Source: Chryseobacterium gleum
GTDB lineage: Bacteria; Bacteroidota; Bacteroidia; Flavobacteriales_F; PHOS-HE28
Length of the DNA stretch: 64,000 nucleotides
Reading direction: 5' to 3'
Assembly (NCBI GenBank): GCA_945872795.1
Contig: CAMCAZ010000002.1
Span: forward strand, 65,298 to 129,297
In this document: positions 26,779 to 36,585 of the stretch, piece after piece
Position numbering within the stretch: the stretch's first letter is position 1
How the letters are laid out: each line of letters opens with the position of its first letter
The notes under the pieces: generated by a model
Seen by the model: only the letters and a program-made list of their open reading frames with translations
The model's database searches: none
Told to the model about the DNA's origin: nothing
Made by a program: the position numbers and the translations under genes

Positions 26779-27414
26779 CTACTTCAAGAACGGATTGCTC
26801 CGCTTCTCCCGGCCGATGGTCGTCTCCGGTCCGTGGCCGGAATAGACCACCACATCATCACCCAAGGGGAACAGCTGTTCCTGGATGCTCCGGAGCAGGG
26901 TGTCCATATCGCCACCGGGCAGGTCCGTCCGGCCGATGCTGTTCATGAACAGCACGTCGCCGGCGATGACGAAGTGCTGTGCCTCGCAGAACAGCGCTAC
27001 GTGGCCCGGTGCATGTCCGGGGACGAACAGCACCTTGAGGGTGTCGCTTCCCAGGGTGATGGTCTCGCCCGGCACCAAGGCCCGGCCTCGGGGAGGGCCT
27101 TCCTCGAAGGGCAGGCCGTACATCCGGGCCACCTGTGGAGCCCCGGCGTAGAGCTCGTGATCCGCGGGATGCAGATCGGGTGTAAGGCCATAGCGCGAAT
27201 TCGCCCAGGCGCAACCGAACACATGGTCGATGTGGGCGTGGGTGAGCACAAGATGTACGGGTGTCAGTGCGTTGTCCGCCAGATAGGACTCCAGCTCATG
27301 TTCCTCCGTCGCGTTCCAGCATCCCGGGTCGATCAAAATGGCCTGCGAACCATTGTGGATGACATAGGTGTTCTCCTGGAACGGGTTGAAGGTGAACTTG
27401 GCAACGCTTAGCAT
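26779..27414 (-). CDS. MBL-fold metallo-hydrolase (glyoxalase II-like)
   Basis: FNPFQENTY, THAHIDH, PGHAPGH, GDVLF..SIGRTDLPGG, GHGPETTIG.E. Confidence 0.9.
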   Translation of the reverse strand: MLSVAKFTFNPFQENTYVIHNGSQAILIDPGCWNATEEHELESYLADNALTPVHLVLTHAHIDHVFGCAWANSRYGLTPDLHPADHELYAGAPQVARMYGLPFEEGPPRGRALVPGETITLGSDTLKVLFVPGHAPGHVALFCEAQHFVIAGDVLFMNSIGRTDLPGGDMDTLLRSIQEQLFPLGDDVVVYSGHGPETTIGREKRSNPFLK

Positions 27415-27484
27415 GGCAGGAAAAGCCCGAAATTCGCAGGGAATTGCCTTCGGGCAAGGCTCCGAAAGTAGCTATCTTCAGCAC

Positions 27485-30400
27485 GTGCACCCTCGTTCGA
27501 CCGTTTCCCTCAGCCGCCTCTTGCCCGCGGTCATACTGGCCCTTGTGGCGGTGATGGGCCATGGGCAGTTCTATTCCGGGTCGCAGCAGGAGTATGGCAA
27601 GAACCGGGTGCAGTACCAGGACTTCCTGTGGCAGCAATACCGCTTCCAGGACATGGAGGTGTTCTTCTATAAGGAAGGCCGGGACCTGGCGAAGTACACC
27701 GCGCAGGCCGCCACCCGCCACCTCAAGGAGTTGGAGAAGGACATGGACTATGCGCTGGACGAGCGCCTGCAGTTCATCGTCTACAACTCGCTCACCGATT
27801 TCCGGCAGAGCAACATCGGCCTCGCCGGCATGCAGGGTGATAACAACATCGGTGGCCTCACCCGGATCGTGGGCACGAAGATCTTCGTCTATTTCGAAGG
27901 GGATCACATGCTTCTGGAGCGGCAGATCCGCTCGGGCATCGCGCACGTGATCATCGACCAGATGATGTTCGGGGGCAACTGGCGCGAAATGCTCAAGAAT
28001 TCCACCTTCATGAGCCTGCCCACCTGGTTCACGGAGGGCATCATCTCCTACCATTCCCGTCCCTGGGACGCCGAGTTGAACAACCGCGTGCGGGATGGTG
28101 TGCTCAGCGGTCGCTATGCCAAGCTGAACCGGCTTTCCGGTGAGGATGCCCGCTTCATGGGGCATGCCATCTGGAAGTACGTGGCCGATGTGTACGGGCC
28201 GGCCGTGCTGCCCAACATCATGTACATGACCCGCGTGAGCCGCAACGCGGAGAGCGGTTTCCTCTATGTGCTCGGGGTCTCGTTGAAGACCTTGTCGCAG
28301 GAATGCCTGGACCATTACCGGGGCAAATTCACCGAAGAGGACCGATCGCGCCAGCGGATCACCCAGGAACCGCTTCCCATCCGCACCCGGAAACAGCGTA
28401 GCTACAGCCAGTTCAAGGAAAGCCCCGATGGGCGCCACATGGCCTGGGTGAGCAATGAGCTGGGCCAGTACAAGGTGTGGGTCTATGAGGTGGGCACGGG
28501 TAAGTTGCGGCGCATCGTGAAGGGCGAAAAGAAGCTGGACCGCATCGTGGACCGGAGCTATCCGGTGCTCGCCTGGCATCCCTCGGGGCAGGCCCTGAGC
28601 TACGCGGTGGAACGGAAGGGCGAGCTCGTGCTGCGCACCTACACGCTGGATGATGGCAAGACCTCCGAGAAGGACGTGTTCCAGCTGGAGAAGATCCTCT
28701 CGATGGACTACTCCGCCGATGGCCGGAACATGGTGTTCAGCGGCATCCGCGAGGGGCGCACGGACCTGTACCTCTACTACATGATCGGCAACCGCCAGGA
28801 GCAGCTCACCGACGATCAGTTCGATGACCTGGACCCCCGCTTCGTGGACGAGGACAAGCACATCATCTTCAGCAGTGACCGGCCGGACGATACGCTCCGG
28901 ACCAATGCCGACGTGGCTTTGGTGAACGGCACCAAGGACATCTACCTGCTCGATGTGGCCACGCGTTCGCGCCTGCTGACCCGGCTCACCAATACCCCCG
29001 GCGTGAACGAGGTCCAGCCCTCTCGCTTCGACAGCGTGAACTACACCTTCCTGAGTGATGTGGACGGTCTGCTGAACCGCTTCATGGTACGCTATGACAG
29101 TGCCGTGAGCCACATCGATACCACGGTGCACTACCGCTACTACACGGTGGAGGAACGCTCCACGGACCTCCAGCGCTCGATCCTGGAACAGCACGTGAAT
29201 GCACGCCGGGGGCGGTTCACGCAACTGCAGCTGGTGGATGGGCGTTACGAGTTCCGTTCCGGACGCACGTCTGATGGGCGTATGGCCGGGAATGGTCCGG
29301 TAGGTCCTTCCGGGACCGGCGTCCCGGGTGCCGATCCTGGCAATGGCAACGGTGAATTGAGCCCGGTGGTGAAGGTGGACCCCCAGGTGCCCAGACCCAC
29401 CGGAGCCGACGCGGTGGATATCCGGAACTACACGTTCATGGATGAGGCCAATGGTGCCGTGCGCGCACCGGACCCGCGCAAGCCGAAAGTGGCCGCCCCG
29501 GTGGCGAAGGCCAGTGACACCACGGCCGTAAGCGTGTTCCGCTTCCCGGACCAGCGCAACTACAACGTCAACTTCACCATCGACGAGGTGGTGACCCAGG
29601 TGGACAACAGCTATAGCAACCAGTTCTATCAGCCCTTCACCGGACCCGGCGAATTGAACCCCGGCCTGAGCGGACTCACCCGCATGGGGGCCAGCGATCT
29701 GTTCGAGGACCATCGCATCCTGGGCGGTTTCCGCTTTGCGCTGGACCTGAACAACAACGACTACCTGCTGGCCTACGAGAACCTGAAGAGCCGTTTGGAC
29801 AAGCGGATCTCCTTCCAGCGGCAGGCCATCCAGAGCGTGGGGCTCTTTGGTGTGATCAAGTCCCACACCCACAACGTGCGCTTCCAGGTGAGCTGGCCAT
29901 TCAGTGAACTCGCCAGCCTGCGGGCTTCGGCGATGTACCGCAATGACCGCTATGTGCAGCAGAGCATCGACCCCTTGAGCCTGCGCACGCCGAACTTCAA
30001 CGACCACATGGTCGGCGGGAAGTTGGAATACGTGTACGACAGCTCCATACCCCGGGGGCTGAACCTGTGGACGGGCTGGAAGCTGAAGTTCTTCGCTGAA
30101 TATTACCAGCAACCGACCGAGAACGGTGACATGCAGGTGGTGGGGATGGACCTTCGCCACTCACTGAAAGTGCACCGCGAATTGATCTGGGTGACCCGCT
30201 TCGCGGGCAGCAGTTCCTTCGGAAGCCGCAAGGTCATCAACTTCCTGGGTGGCGTTGACAACTGGTTGTGGGCCAAGGTGGACCCGAGCATTCCCATCGA
30301 CTTCAACCAGAACTACTACTTCCAAACGATGGCGGTGCCCATGCGCGGCTTCTTCTTCAACGCGCGCAATGGCTCCAGTTTCGCCGTGTTCAATACCGAA

Positions 30401-30733
30401 CTGCGCCTGCCCATCGTTCGTTACCTCGTGAACCGTCCGGTGCGTTCCGATTTCTTCAACCACCTGCAGGTCTGCGCCTTCGGTGACGTCGGTGCCGCTT
30501 GGACCGGTTCCGACCCCTATTCGGAGGACAACACCTTCAACCAGGTGACGGTCGTCCGGAACCCGCTGACCATCACCATCGACAGCCAGCGCGAACCCAT
30601 CATCGCCAGTTATGGCTTCGGGCTGCGCACCCGGCTGCTCGGCTACTTCGTGCGCGGCGATTGGGGATGGGGGATCGATGACGGGGTGATCCAGCCCAGC
30701 GTGTTCCATTTCTCGCTCAGCCTTGATATCTGA
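27485..30733 (+). CDS. Large outer-membrane protein: peptidase-like domain, TolB/PD40 beta-propeller and Omp85-type barrel
   Basis: YGKNRVQY, LPTWFTEG, PD40-like repeats (SPDGRH, HPSGQ, SADGRN), MRGF and NTELRLP barrel motifs; GTG start at 27485. Confidence 0.75.
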   Translation: MHPRSTVSLSRLLPAVILALVAVMGHGQFYSGSQQEYGKNRVQYQDFLWQQYRFQDMEVFFYKEGRDLAKYTAQAATRHLKELEKDMDYALDERLQFIVYNSLTDFRQSNIGLAGMQGDNNIGGLTRIVGTKIFVYFEGDHMLLERQIRSGIAHVIIDQMMFGGNWREMLKNSTFMSLPTWFTEGIISYHSRPWDAELNNRVRDGVLSGRYAKLNRLSGEDARFMGHAIWKYVADVYGPAVLPNIMYMTRVSRNAESGFLYVLGVSLKTLSQECLDHYRGKFTEEDRSRQRITQEPLPIRTRKQRSYSQFKESPDGRHMAWVSNELGQYKVWVYEVGTGKLRRIVKGEKKLDRIVDRSYPVLAWHPSGQALSYAVERKGELVLRTYTLDDGKTSEKDVFQLEKILSMDYSADGRNMVFSGIREGRTDLYLYYMIGNRQEQLTDDQFDDLDPRFVDEDKHIIFSSDRPDDTLRTNADVALVNGTKDIYLLDVATRSRLLTRLTNTPGVNEVQPSRFDSVNYTFLSDVDGLLNRFMVRYDSAVSHIDTTVHYRYYTVEERSTDLQRSILEQHVNARRGRFTQLQLVDGRYEFRSGRTSDGRMAGNGPVGPSGTGVPGADPGNGNGELSPVVKVDPQVPRPTGADAVDIRNYTFMDEANGAVRAPDPRKPKVAAPVAKASDTTAVSVFRFPDQRNYNVNFTIDEVVTQVDNSYSNQFYQPFTGPGELNPGLSGLTRMGASDLFEDHRILGGFRFALDLNNNDYLLAYENLKSRLDKRISFQRQAIQSVGLFGVIKSHTHNVRFQVSWPFSELASLRASAMYRNDRYVQQSIDPLSLRTPNFNDHMVGGKLEYVYDSSIPRGLNLWTGWKLKFFAEYYQQPTENGDMQVVGMDLRHSLKVHRELIWVTRFAGSSSFGSRKVINFLGGVDNWLWAKVDPSIPIDFNQNYYFQTMAVPMRGFFFNARNGSSFAVFNTELRLPIVRYLVNRPVRSDFFNHLQVCAFGDVGAAWTGSDPYSEDNTFNQVTVVRNPLTITIDSQREPIIASYGFGLRTRLLGYFVRGDWGWGIDDGVIQPSVFHFSLSLDI

Positions 30734-31107
30734 TGACCTTCGACACCCAGACCATCCTGCTCCTCGTGGTCATCGGTCTGGTGGCCGGGATGCTCAGCGG
30801 CCTGGTCGGCATCGGTGGTGGATTGCTCATGGTGCCCGCACTGGTGTGGCTCCTGAGCTATTCGCAGCACCAGGCACAGGGCACCAGCCTGGCCGTGCTG
30901 ATGCTGCCGGTGGTATTCCTGGCGGCACGGGACTATTACAAGGCCGGTCATATCGATCCCAAGGTGGTGGGCGTGATCGCTGCGGCCTTCGTAGTGGGTG
31001 GCTACTTCGGCGGCAAGTGGGCATTGGCCCTGCCTGCCGATCAACTGCGCAAGGTCTTCGGGGTCATCCTACTGCTCGCTTCCATCAAGCTCCTTCTGAA
31101 CAAGTGA
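30733..31107 (+). CDS. Half-size TauE/SafE (TSUP) family membrane protein
   Basis: GLVAGMLSGLVGIGGGLLMVP, AQGTSLA; 124 aa. Confidence 0.85.
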   Translation: MTFDTQTILLLVVIGLVAGMLSGLVGIGGGLLMVPALVWLLSYSQHQAQGTSLAVLMLPVVFLAARDYYKAGHIDPKVVGVIAAAFVVGGYFGGKWALALPADQLRKVFGVILLLASIKLLLNK

Positions 31108-32312
31108 TCGACCGCATTAAGCACGAACTAGCGTTGCTCCAGCCTGCCATGTTCGGGTGGCGCAGGCACCTGCATCGACATCCCGAACTATCGTTCCAGG
31201 AGCACTTGACAGCCGCTTACGTCCAGGCGGTGTTGAGCGCCGAAGGCATCGGGACGCGTGCTGGTGTCGGTAAGTTGACACCGGAGTCTCCGGGCACCGG
31301 CATCATCGCGGTGGTGCGGGGTGAAGCCGGACCCTCGGACCGTTGCATCGCCCTGCGTGCCGACCTGGACGCTCTGCCGATCCAGGAGGTGGGCAAACCG
31401 GATTACTGTTCCACGGTGCCCGGTGTGATGCATGCCTGCGGGCATGATGTGCATACCAGCATGGTGCTCGCCGCGGGCATCGCCCTTCACCGCCTGCGCA
31501 AGGAATGGTCAGGCGCGGTGATGCTGGTCTTCCAACCTGGCGAGGAGAAGGAGCCCGGTGGCGCATCCCTGCTGGTGAAGGAGGATGTGTTCAACGATCC
31601 GAAGCCCTCCGGGATCCTAGGGCAGCACGTTACCCCCGAACTGCCGGTGGGCAAACTCGGCTTCCGCAGTGGTGCGTTCATGGCCGCTGCGGATGAGCTT
31701 TACCTCACGGTGAAGGGCAAGGGTGGCCATGCTGGATCACCCCATCTCTGCATCGATCCGGTGCTGATCGCGGCGCACCTCCTCACCGCCTTGCAACAGG
31801 TGGTGAGCCGACGCAACAAGCCCGGCCAGCCCATGGTCCTGTCCTTCGGAAAGGTGATCGCCAACGGTGCGACCAACATCATCCCCGATACGGTCACACT
31901 GGAAGGAACGCTCCGCACCTTCGATGAACCGTGGCGCGCAGAGCTGCATGAGCTACTGCCACGGATGGCCATGGATCTGGCGCGAAGCATGGGCGGCGAC
32001 GTGGACTTCCGGCTGGTGAAAGGCTCTCCCGTGGTGAAGAACGATCCGGAGCTGAACGCCCGCATCCGTTCAGTCGCAGTGGACTTCGTGGGCGCCGGGA
32101 ACGTGGTGGACATGGACATCCGCATGGGTGCCGAGGACTTCGCGTACTACACGCATGTGATGCCCGGATGTTTCTTCCGACTGGGAACGGGGAACCCGGC
32201 AAAACCCGGCACCACCAGCGGACTTCACCGCGCCGAATTCGATGTGGACGAGGATGCCATGGCGATCGGGGCGGGGATGATGGTGGCGGGGGCGCTGAGC
32301 GAGTTGCAATGA
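31104..32312 (+). CDS. M20 family amidohydrolase
   Basis: RRHLHRHPELSFQE, ALRADLDALP, MHACGHDVH, FQPGEE, MGAEDF; GTG start overlapping the previous stop. Confidence 0.92.
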   Translation: MIDRIKHELALLQPAMFGWRRHLHRHPELSFQEHLTAAYVQAVLSAEGIGTRAGVGKLTPESPGTGIIAVVRGEAGPSDRCIALRADLDALPIQEVGKPDYCSTVPGVMHACGHDVHTSMVLAAGIALHRLRKEWSGAVMLVFQPGEEKEPGGASLLVKEDVFNDPKPSGILGQHVTPELPVGKLGFRSGAFMAAADELYLTVKGKGGHAGSPHLCIDPVLIAAHLLTALQQVVSRRNKPGQPMVLSFGKVIANGATNIIPDTVTLEGTLRTFDEPWRAELHELLPRMAMDLARSMGGDVDFRLVKGSPVVKNDPELNARIRSVAVDFVGAGNVVDMDIRMGAEDFAYYTHVMPGCFFRLGTGNPAKPGTTSGLHRAEFDVDEDAMAIGAGMMVAGALSELQ

Positions 32313-32860
32313 GGCTGAATGTGGTCGGTTCGATGCGCGTCTTCCGTGGCATTGTGCAGTGGCTCGTCATGATGGTGGCGGTGTGTGCGGTAGGATGTGG
32401 CGCGCCCGGTTCGGTCCCCGATGCGGATCCAACTGCGACGGACACCAGCGGATCGTGGCCTTCACCTGAGTTGGAGGAGATCGCCAGCACTTTGGCAGCG
32501 GATACCATCCTCACCGAAATCGCATTGAGCCTCTTCAACGAGCGGCATCTTCTACGCATCATCGGAACGGGCCAAGGTGGGTTCAACCACGACCGTGCAT
32601 TTCATGTCCTACTTACGGGCCCCGGCGGCGTCGTGTTGGACACTGTACTGACCAAGGCCTCCTTCGCGGATAGCCTGGATGCCGAATTCCTTGAGCGTGC
32701 AGGCCTGTATGCACTGGACTTTGACTTCGTTCGATCCCGAAGTCTCTACTTCAACGCTTACGTTGGCGTGGATGAGACCGACTACGTGCAGCTTATCGAT
32801 CTCTTCCTGACGTATGCAGGCGAGCAGAAGGGCCGAATGCACTATTGGCTTGTTCCCTAG
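32309..32860 (+). CDS. Hypothetical lipoprotein
   Basis: ATGA overlap with the amidohydrolase; hydrophobic stretch ending AVGC. Confidence 0.55.
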   Translation: MRLNVVGSMRVFRGIVQWLVMMVAVCAVGCGAPGSVPDADPTATDTSGSWPSPELEEIASTLAADTILTEIALSLFNERHLLRIIGTGQGGFNHDRAFHVLLTGPGGVVLDTVLTKASFADSLDAEFLERAGLYALDFDFVRSRSLYFNAYVGVDETDYVQLIDLFLTYAGEQKGRMHYWLVP

Positions 32861-32911
32861 GACATCAGCGCGCAGGAATGACCATCGTCCAGGCCATGCT
32901 TGGATCACCGA

Positions 32912-33247
32912 TCACCGCTGCACGATGTCATCCACCTCGATCACCGGCCTCCCGCTCTTCTCGTGAACGGTCATCTCCACCACATGCGTGGAGCGGCCTT
33001 GGGCGGTGTATAGGTCCACATGCACGGAGAACGCACCCGGCCAGTTGCGCACCGCTGTGACCTGCAGGTTGTTCCACACGGTGGGTGGTGGCATCACCAA
33101 CACAGCACCGATGTCCTCCACGGCGTCCATCATGGCATCGGCGGAAAGGCGCACACCACCGGTCGCCTGTTCCAGTTCATCGTAGCGCCGCTCCACCAGC
33201 AGCTTCATCACGTGCTTGGCGACGAGGGTGAGGTCGTTGGGGGACAT
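32912..33247 (-). CDS. Hypothetical protein (111 aa)
   Basis: Globular-looking ORF with ATG start, downstream of recQ on the same strand. Confidence 0.7.
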   Translation of the reverse strand: MSPNDLTLVAKHVMKLLVERRYDELEQATGGVRLSADAMMDAVEDIGAVLVMPPPTVWNNLQVTAVRNWPGAFSVHVDLYTAQGRSTHVVEMTVHEKSGRPVIEVDDIVQR

Positions 33248-33286
33248 GGTGGAGTTGGATCAACGTCCGATGGAGTTTTGAAAGAA

Positions 33287-33336
33287 GCAGGGGCAAGTGC
33301 AGGGGCAATGATCCGTCTTGCGCCTGCGCCTGCTCC
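33287..33336. repeat. Inverted hexamer arrays forming a hairpin after recQ
   Basis: GCAGGG GCAAGT GCAGGG GCAATG ... CTTGCG CCTGCG CCTGCT. Confidence 0.6.
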
Positions 33337-33342
33337 TTGAGT

Positions 33343-35529
33343 TCAATTCGCCACTTCGCTCATGAACTTCAGCCGCACCATGCGCAGTTCCTCCTCGCTG
33401 TAGTCCCCGTCGAACTCCTGGCGTGCCGTCTCGATGTCATCGGTCTCTGCATCCTTGAAGTAGTCCATGATCTCTTCCAGGGTCTCTGGTTCGAACACGT
33501 CGTTCAGGTGGTAATTGATGTCCAGCTTGGTGCCGCTCTGCACGATGCTCTCGAGCTCGATCAGCAGCGCATCCATGGTGAGGTTGCGCGCCTTGGCGAT
33601 GGCATCCAGGGGCAGTCGCTTATCGATGTTCTGGATGATGTGCACCTTGTTGCCGCTCTTGTTCACCACGGAACGCACGGTGACCTCCTCGGCGCGCTCG
33701 ATGTCGTTCTCCTCCACATACCGGGCGATGAGGTCGACGAATGGCTTGCCGAATTTCTGTGCCTTGCCGGGCCCAACGCCGCTTACCTGGGTGAGCTCCT
33801 CGATGGTGACCGGGTAGCGCATGGTCATCTCCTCCAGGGAGGGATCACCGAAGAGCACCCAGGGCTGCAGCTTCCGCTTCTGGGCCTCGCTGCGGCGCAG
33901 GTCCTTCAGCATCGCCATGAGCTTCTCATCGGCCGCCGCACCGGGCCGCGCGATGGGCTCGTCGTCCGCGCCCTCGTAGTCGCTGTAGTCCCGCTCCTTC
34001 ACGAACTTGATGGATACGGGTTTGGCGAGGAATTTCTTGCCGGCCTCGGTCAGGCTCAGGTTGCCGTAGGACTCGATGTCCTTGTGCAGGTAGCCCCCCA
34101 CGTTGGCCTGGCGCACGACGGCCATCCAATGGTGAAGGTCCTTGTCGGAGCCTTCGCCGTAGATATTCAGCTTGTCGCCCTTGTAGTTCTTGATCTCGCT
34201 CGTCTCGGTGCCCGTGATCAGGTCACAGATGAACTTGGCCCGATGGCGCTCCTTGCTCTCCTTCACCGCCTTCAGCACCATCACCAGGTCCTCCTTCCCT
34301 TCGAACTGCTCCTTGGGGTTGGCGCAGTTGTCACAGCCTGCCTGGCATTTCGAGTCGTCGTAGAGCTCCCCGAAGTAGTGCAGGATGAATTTCCGGCGGC
34401 ACATGCTGGTCTCGGCGAAGCTCACGGTATCCGCCAGCAACTGCTTGCCGATCTCCTGTTCGGCCACGGGCTTCCCTTGCAGGAACTTTTCGAGCTTCTC
34501 GATGTCCTTGTAACTGTAGAAGGCGATGCACTTGCCTTCCCCGCCATCGCGGCCCGCGCGGCCGGTCTCCTGGTAATAGCTCTCCAGGCTCTTCGGGATG
34601 TCGTGGTGGATCACGAAGCGGACATCCGGCTTGTCGATCCCCATGCCGAAAGCGATGGTCGCCACGATGACGTCCACTTCCTCCATCAGGAACTGGTCCT
34701 GGTGGCTGGCCCGTTGGTGGGCGTCCATGCCGGCGTGGTAGGGCAGCGCCTTGATGCCGTTCACATTGAGCATCTCGGCCATCTCCTCCACCTTCTTGCG
34801 GCTCAGGCAATAGATGATGCCGCTGCGCCCATCATGCTGCTTGATGAAGCGGATGATCTCCCGGCCCACGTCCTTCTTCGGACGGATCTCATAGTACAGG
34901 TTCGGACGGTTGAAGCTGTCCTTGTATACCCTGGCGTCAGGGATGTCGAGGTTCTTCAGGATGTCCTCCTGCACCTTCTCAGTGGCTGTTGCGGTGAGCG
35001 CGATCACCGGCACCCGCTTGATCTCGTCGAAGATGGTCCGCAGGCGGCGGTATTCCGGACGGAAGTCATGTCCCCACTCACTGATGCAATGCGCTTCGTC
35101 GATGGCGAAGAAACTGATCTTGATGTCGGTGAGGAACTCGACGTTCTCCTTCTTGGTCAGCGACTCGGGCGCCACGAAGAGGATCTTGGTGCGGCCCTCA
35201 GTGATGTCCTTGCGCACCTTCAGGGTCTCGTTCCGTGTGAGGGAGCTGTTGAGGAAGTGCGCCACGCCCTCCACATCGCTGAACCCACGGAGCGAATCCA
35301 CCTGGTTCTTCATCAGTGCGATCAGTGGGCTGACCACGATCGCGGTGCCCTCCATCATCAGCGCGGGAAGCTGGTAGCAGAGGCTCTTGCCTCCGCCGGT
35401 GGGCATGATCACGAACGTGTTGCGGCCATCCAGGACGCTCTGGATGATGGATTCCTGTTCGCCTTTGAATTTGCTGAATCCGAAGAACTGTTCGAGGGCT
35501 TCTCGTGGGGTGAGGTCGACGTGGATCAT
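33343..35529 (-). CDS. recQ: ATP-dependent DNA helicase RecQ
   Basis: MPTGGGKSLCYQLP, DEAHCISEWGHDFRP, TATAT, QETGRAGRDG, Zn-binding CDNC, RQC and HRDC domains. Confidence 0.97.
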   Translation of the reverse strand: MIHVDLTPREALEQFFGFSKFKGEQESIIQSVLDGRNTFVIMPTGGGKSLCYQLPALMMEGTAIVVSPLIALMKNQVDSLRGFSDVEGVAHFLNSSLTRNETLKVRKDITEGRTKILFVAPESLTKKENVEFLTDIKISFFAIDEAHCISEWGHDFRPEYRRLRTIFDEIKRVPVIALTATATEKVQEDILKNLDIPDARVYKDSFNRPNLYYEIRPKKDVGREIIRFIKQHDGRSGIIYCLSRKKVEEMAEMLNVNGIKALPYHAGMDAHQRASHQDQFLMEEVDVIVATIAFGMGIDKPDVRFVIHHDIPKSLESYYQETGRAGRDGGEGKCIAFYSYKDIEKLEKFLQGKPVAEQEIGKQLLADTVSFAETSMCRRKFILHYFGELYDDSKCQAGCDNCANPKEQFEGKEDLVMVLKAVKESKERHRAKFICDLITGTETSEIKNYKGDKLNIYGEGSDKDLHHWMAVVRQANVGGYLHKDIESYGNLSLTEAGKKFLAKPVSIKFVKERDYSDYEGADDEPIARPGAAADEKLMAMLKDLRRSEAQKRKLQPWVLFGDPSLEEMTMRYPVTIEELTQVSGVGPGKAQKFGKPFVDLIARYVEENDIERAEEVTVRSVVNKSGNKVHIIQNIDKRLPLDAIAKARNLTMDALLIELESIVQSGTKLDINYHLNDVFEPETLEEIMDYFKDAETDDIETARQEFDGDYSEEELRMVRLKFMSEVAN

Positions 35530-35705
35530 TGCGGGGTAACGGCAGGAGCAGATGCCGGAGATTTGAACGCTTAAATGTACGGCAACGCGATGAATTGGGG
35601 ACGGCTAATTCAGTCCAAGGTCGAACAGCCCGATGCAGCCCCCATTTCTGGCCTGTATCGTTGATAACTGCCCGTCCGTACAACGGGCCCGGTAGGCCCC
35701 CCATC

Positions 35706-35713
35706 TATCTTTG
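35706..35713 (+). promoter_or_regulatory. -7 promoter box TATCTTTG for tatC
   Basis: TAnnTTTG 20 nt upstream of the tatC start. Confidence 0.55.
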
Positions 35714-35733
35714 TTCCCTTAGCCCCGAACCTA

Positions 35734-36585
35734 TTGGCAGCGCAACAGCCCGGCCAGGAAATGACCTTTCTAGAGCACCTGGAGGAACTCCGGTGGACGC
35801 TCGTGCGCTCGGCCATCGCCATTGTGGTGGCCATGTTGGCGGCGTTCATGGCCAAGGACTTCGTGTTCGACCAGATCATCCTGGCCCCCAAGCACGGCGG
35901 GTTCATCACCTATCGCCTGTTCTGTGCGCTTGGACAGGCACTGGGCATGGGCGAGGCCCTGTGCATCGGTGACCTGAACTTCACGCTCCAGAACATCAGC
36001 ATGAGCGGCCAGTTCTTCACCCACCTCATGGTCTCGTTCGTGGCCGGCTTCATCCTCGCCTTTCCTTACGTCCTTTGGGAGTTCTGGCGCTTCATCAGCC
36101 CGGGGCTGCACCCCACCGAACAACGCTCCCTTCGCGGTGTGGTGGTCTTTGCGACGATCCTTTTCCTGCTGGGCGTGGCCTTCGGCTATTATCTGCTGGC
36201 CCCCTTGAGCATCCAGTTCTTCGGCAGTTACCAGGTCAGCGGCTCAGTGGCGAACGCCGTTGCCTTGGACAGCTACGTGGCCATGATCACCTCTGTGACC
36301 CTGTGGACAGGCATCCTGTTCGAGATGCCCTTGGTGATCCTGTTCCTGACCAAGGCCGGACTGGTGGGTCCTGCATTCCTGCGCACCTACCGCAAACACG
36401 CCTTCGTGGCGATCCTGATCGCGGCGGCCATACTCACACCACCCGATGTGGTGAGCCAGCTGATCGTTTCCGGGCCGCTGATGCTGCTCTATGAGTTCAG
36501 CATCCTGCTATCGGCCAGGGTGGAACGGCAGATGATCAAGGGTCGACAGGCAGGCACTTCAACGCTCACGCGCCAGCCTGTATGA
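35734..36585 (+). CDS. tatC: Twin-arginine translocase subunit TatC
   Basis: EMTFLEHLEELR, WRFISPGL, FEMP, YRKHA, LTPPD, LYEFSI; TTG start. Confidence 0.95.
   Translation: MAAQQPGQEMTFLEHLEELRWTLVRSAIAIVVAMLAAFMAKDFVFDQIILAPKHGGFITYRLFCALGQALGMGEALCIGDLNFTLQNISMSGQFFTHLMVSFVAGFILAFPYVLWEFWRFISPGLHPTEQRSLRGVVVFATILFLLGVAFGYYLLAPLSIQFFGSYQVSGSVANAVALDSYVAMITSVTLWTGILFEMPLVILFLTKAGLVGPAFLRTYRKHAFVAILIAAAILTPPDVVSQLIVSGPLMLLYEFSILLSARVERQMIKGRQAGTSTLTRQPV

Noticed and set aside
27296..30160. 954-aa minus-strand ORF
   Set aside because: Antisense shadow of the real plus-strand gene; no recognisable motifs, and such ORFs are expected from codon bias in GC-rich DNA.
30723..31103. N-terminal extensions in the ORF track (amidohydrolase, also the MBL gene, tilS, mlaE, purS)
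   Set aside because: They overlap neighbouring genes or promoter boxes; downstream starts fit the family N-termini.
33337..35574. 745-aa ORF opposite recQ, and similar long ORFs opposite secA (59695-61887), the DUF5686 gene (36810-38894) and the C25 gene
   Set aside because: Antisense shadows of well-supported genes.
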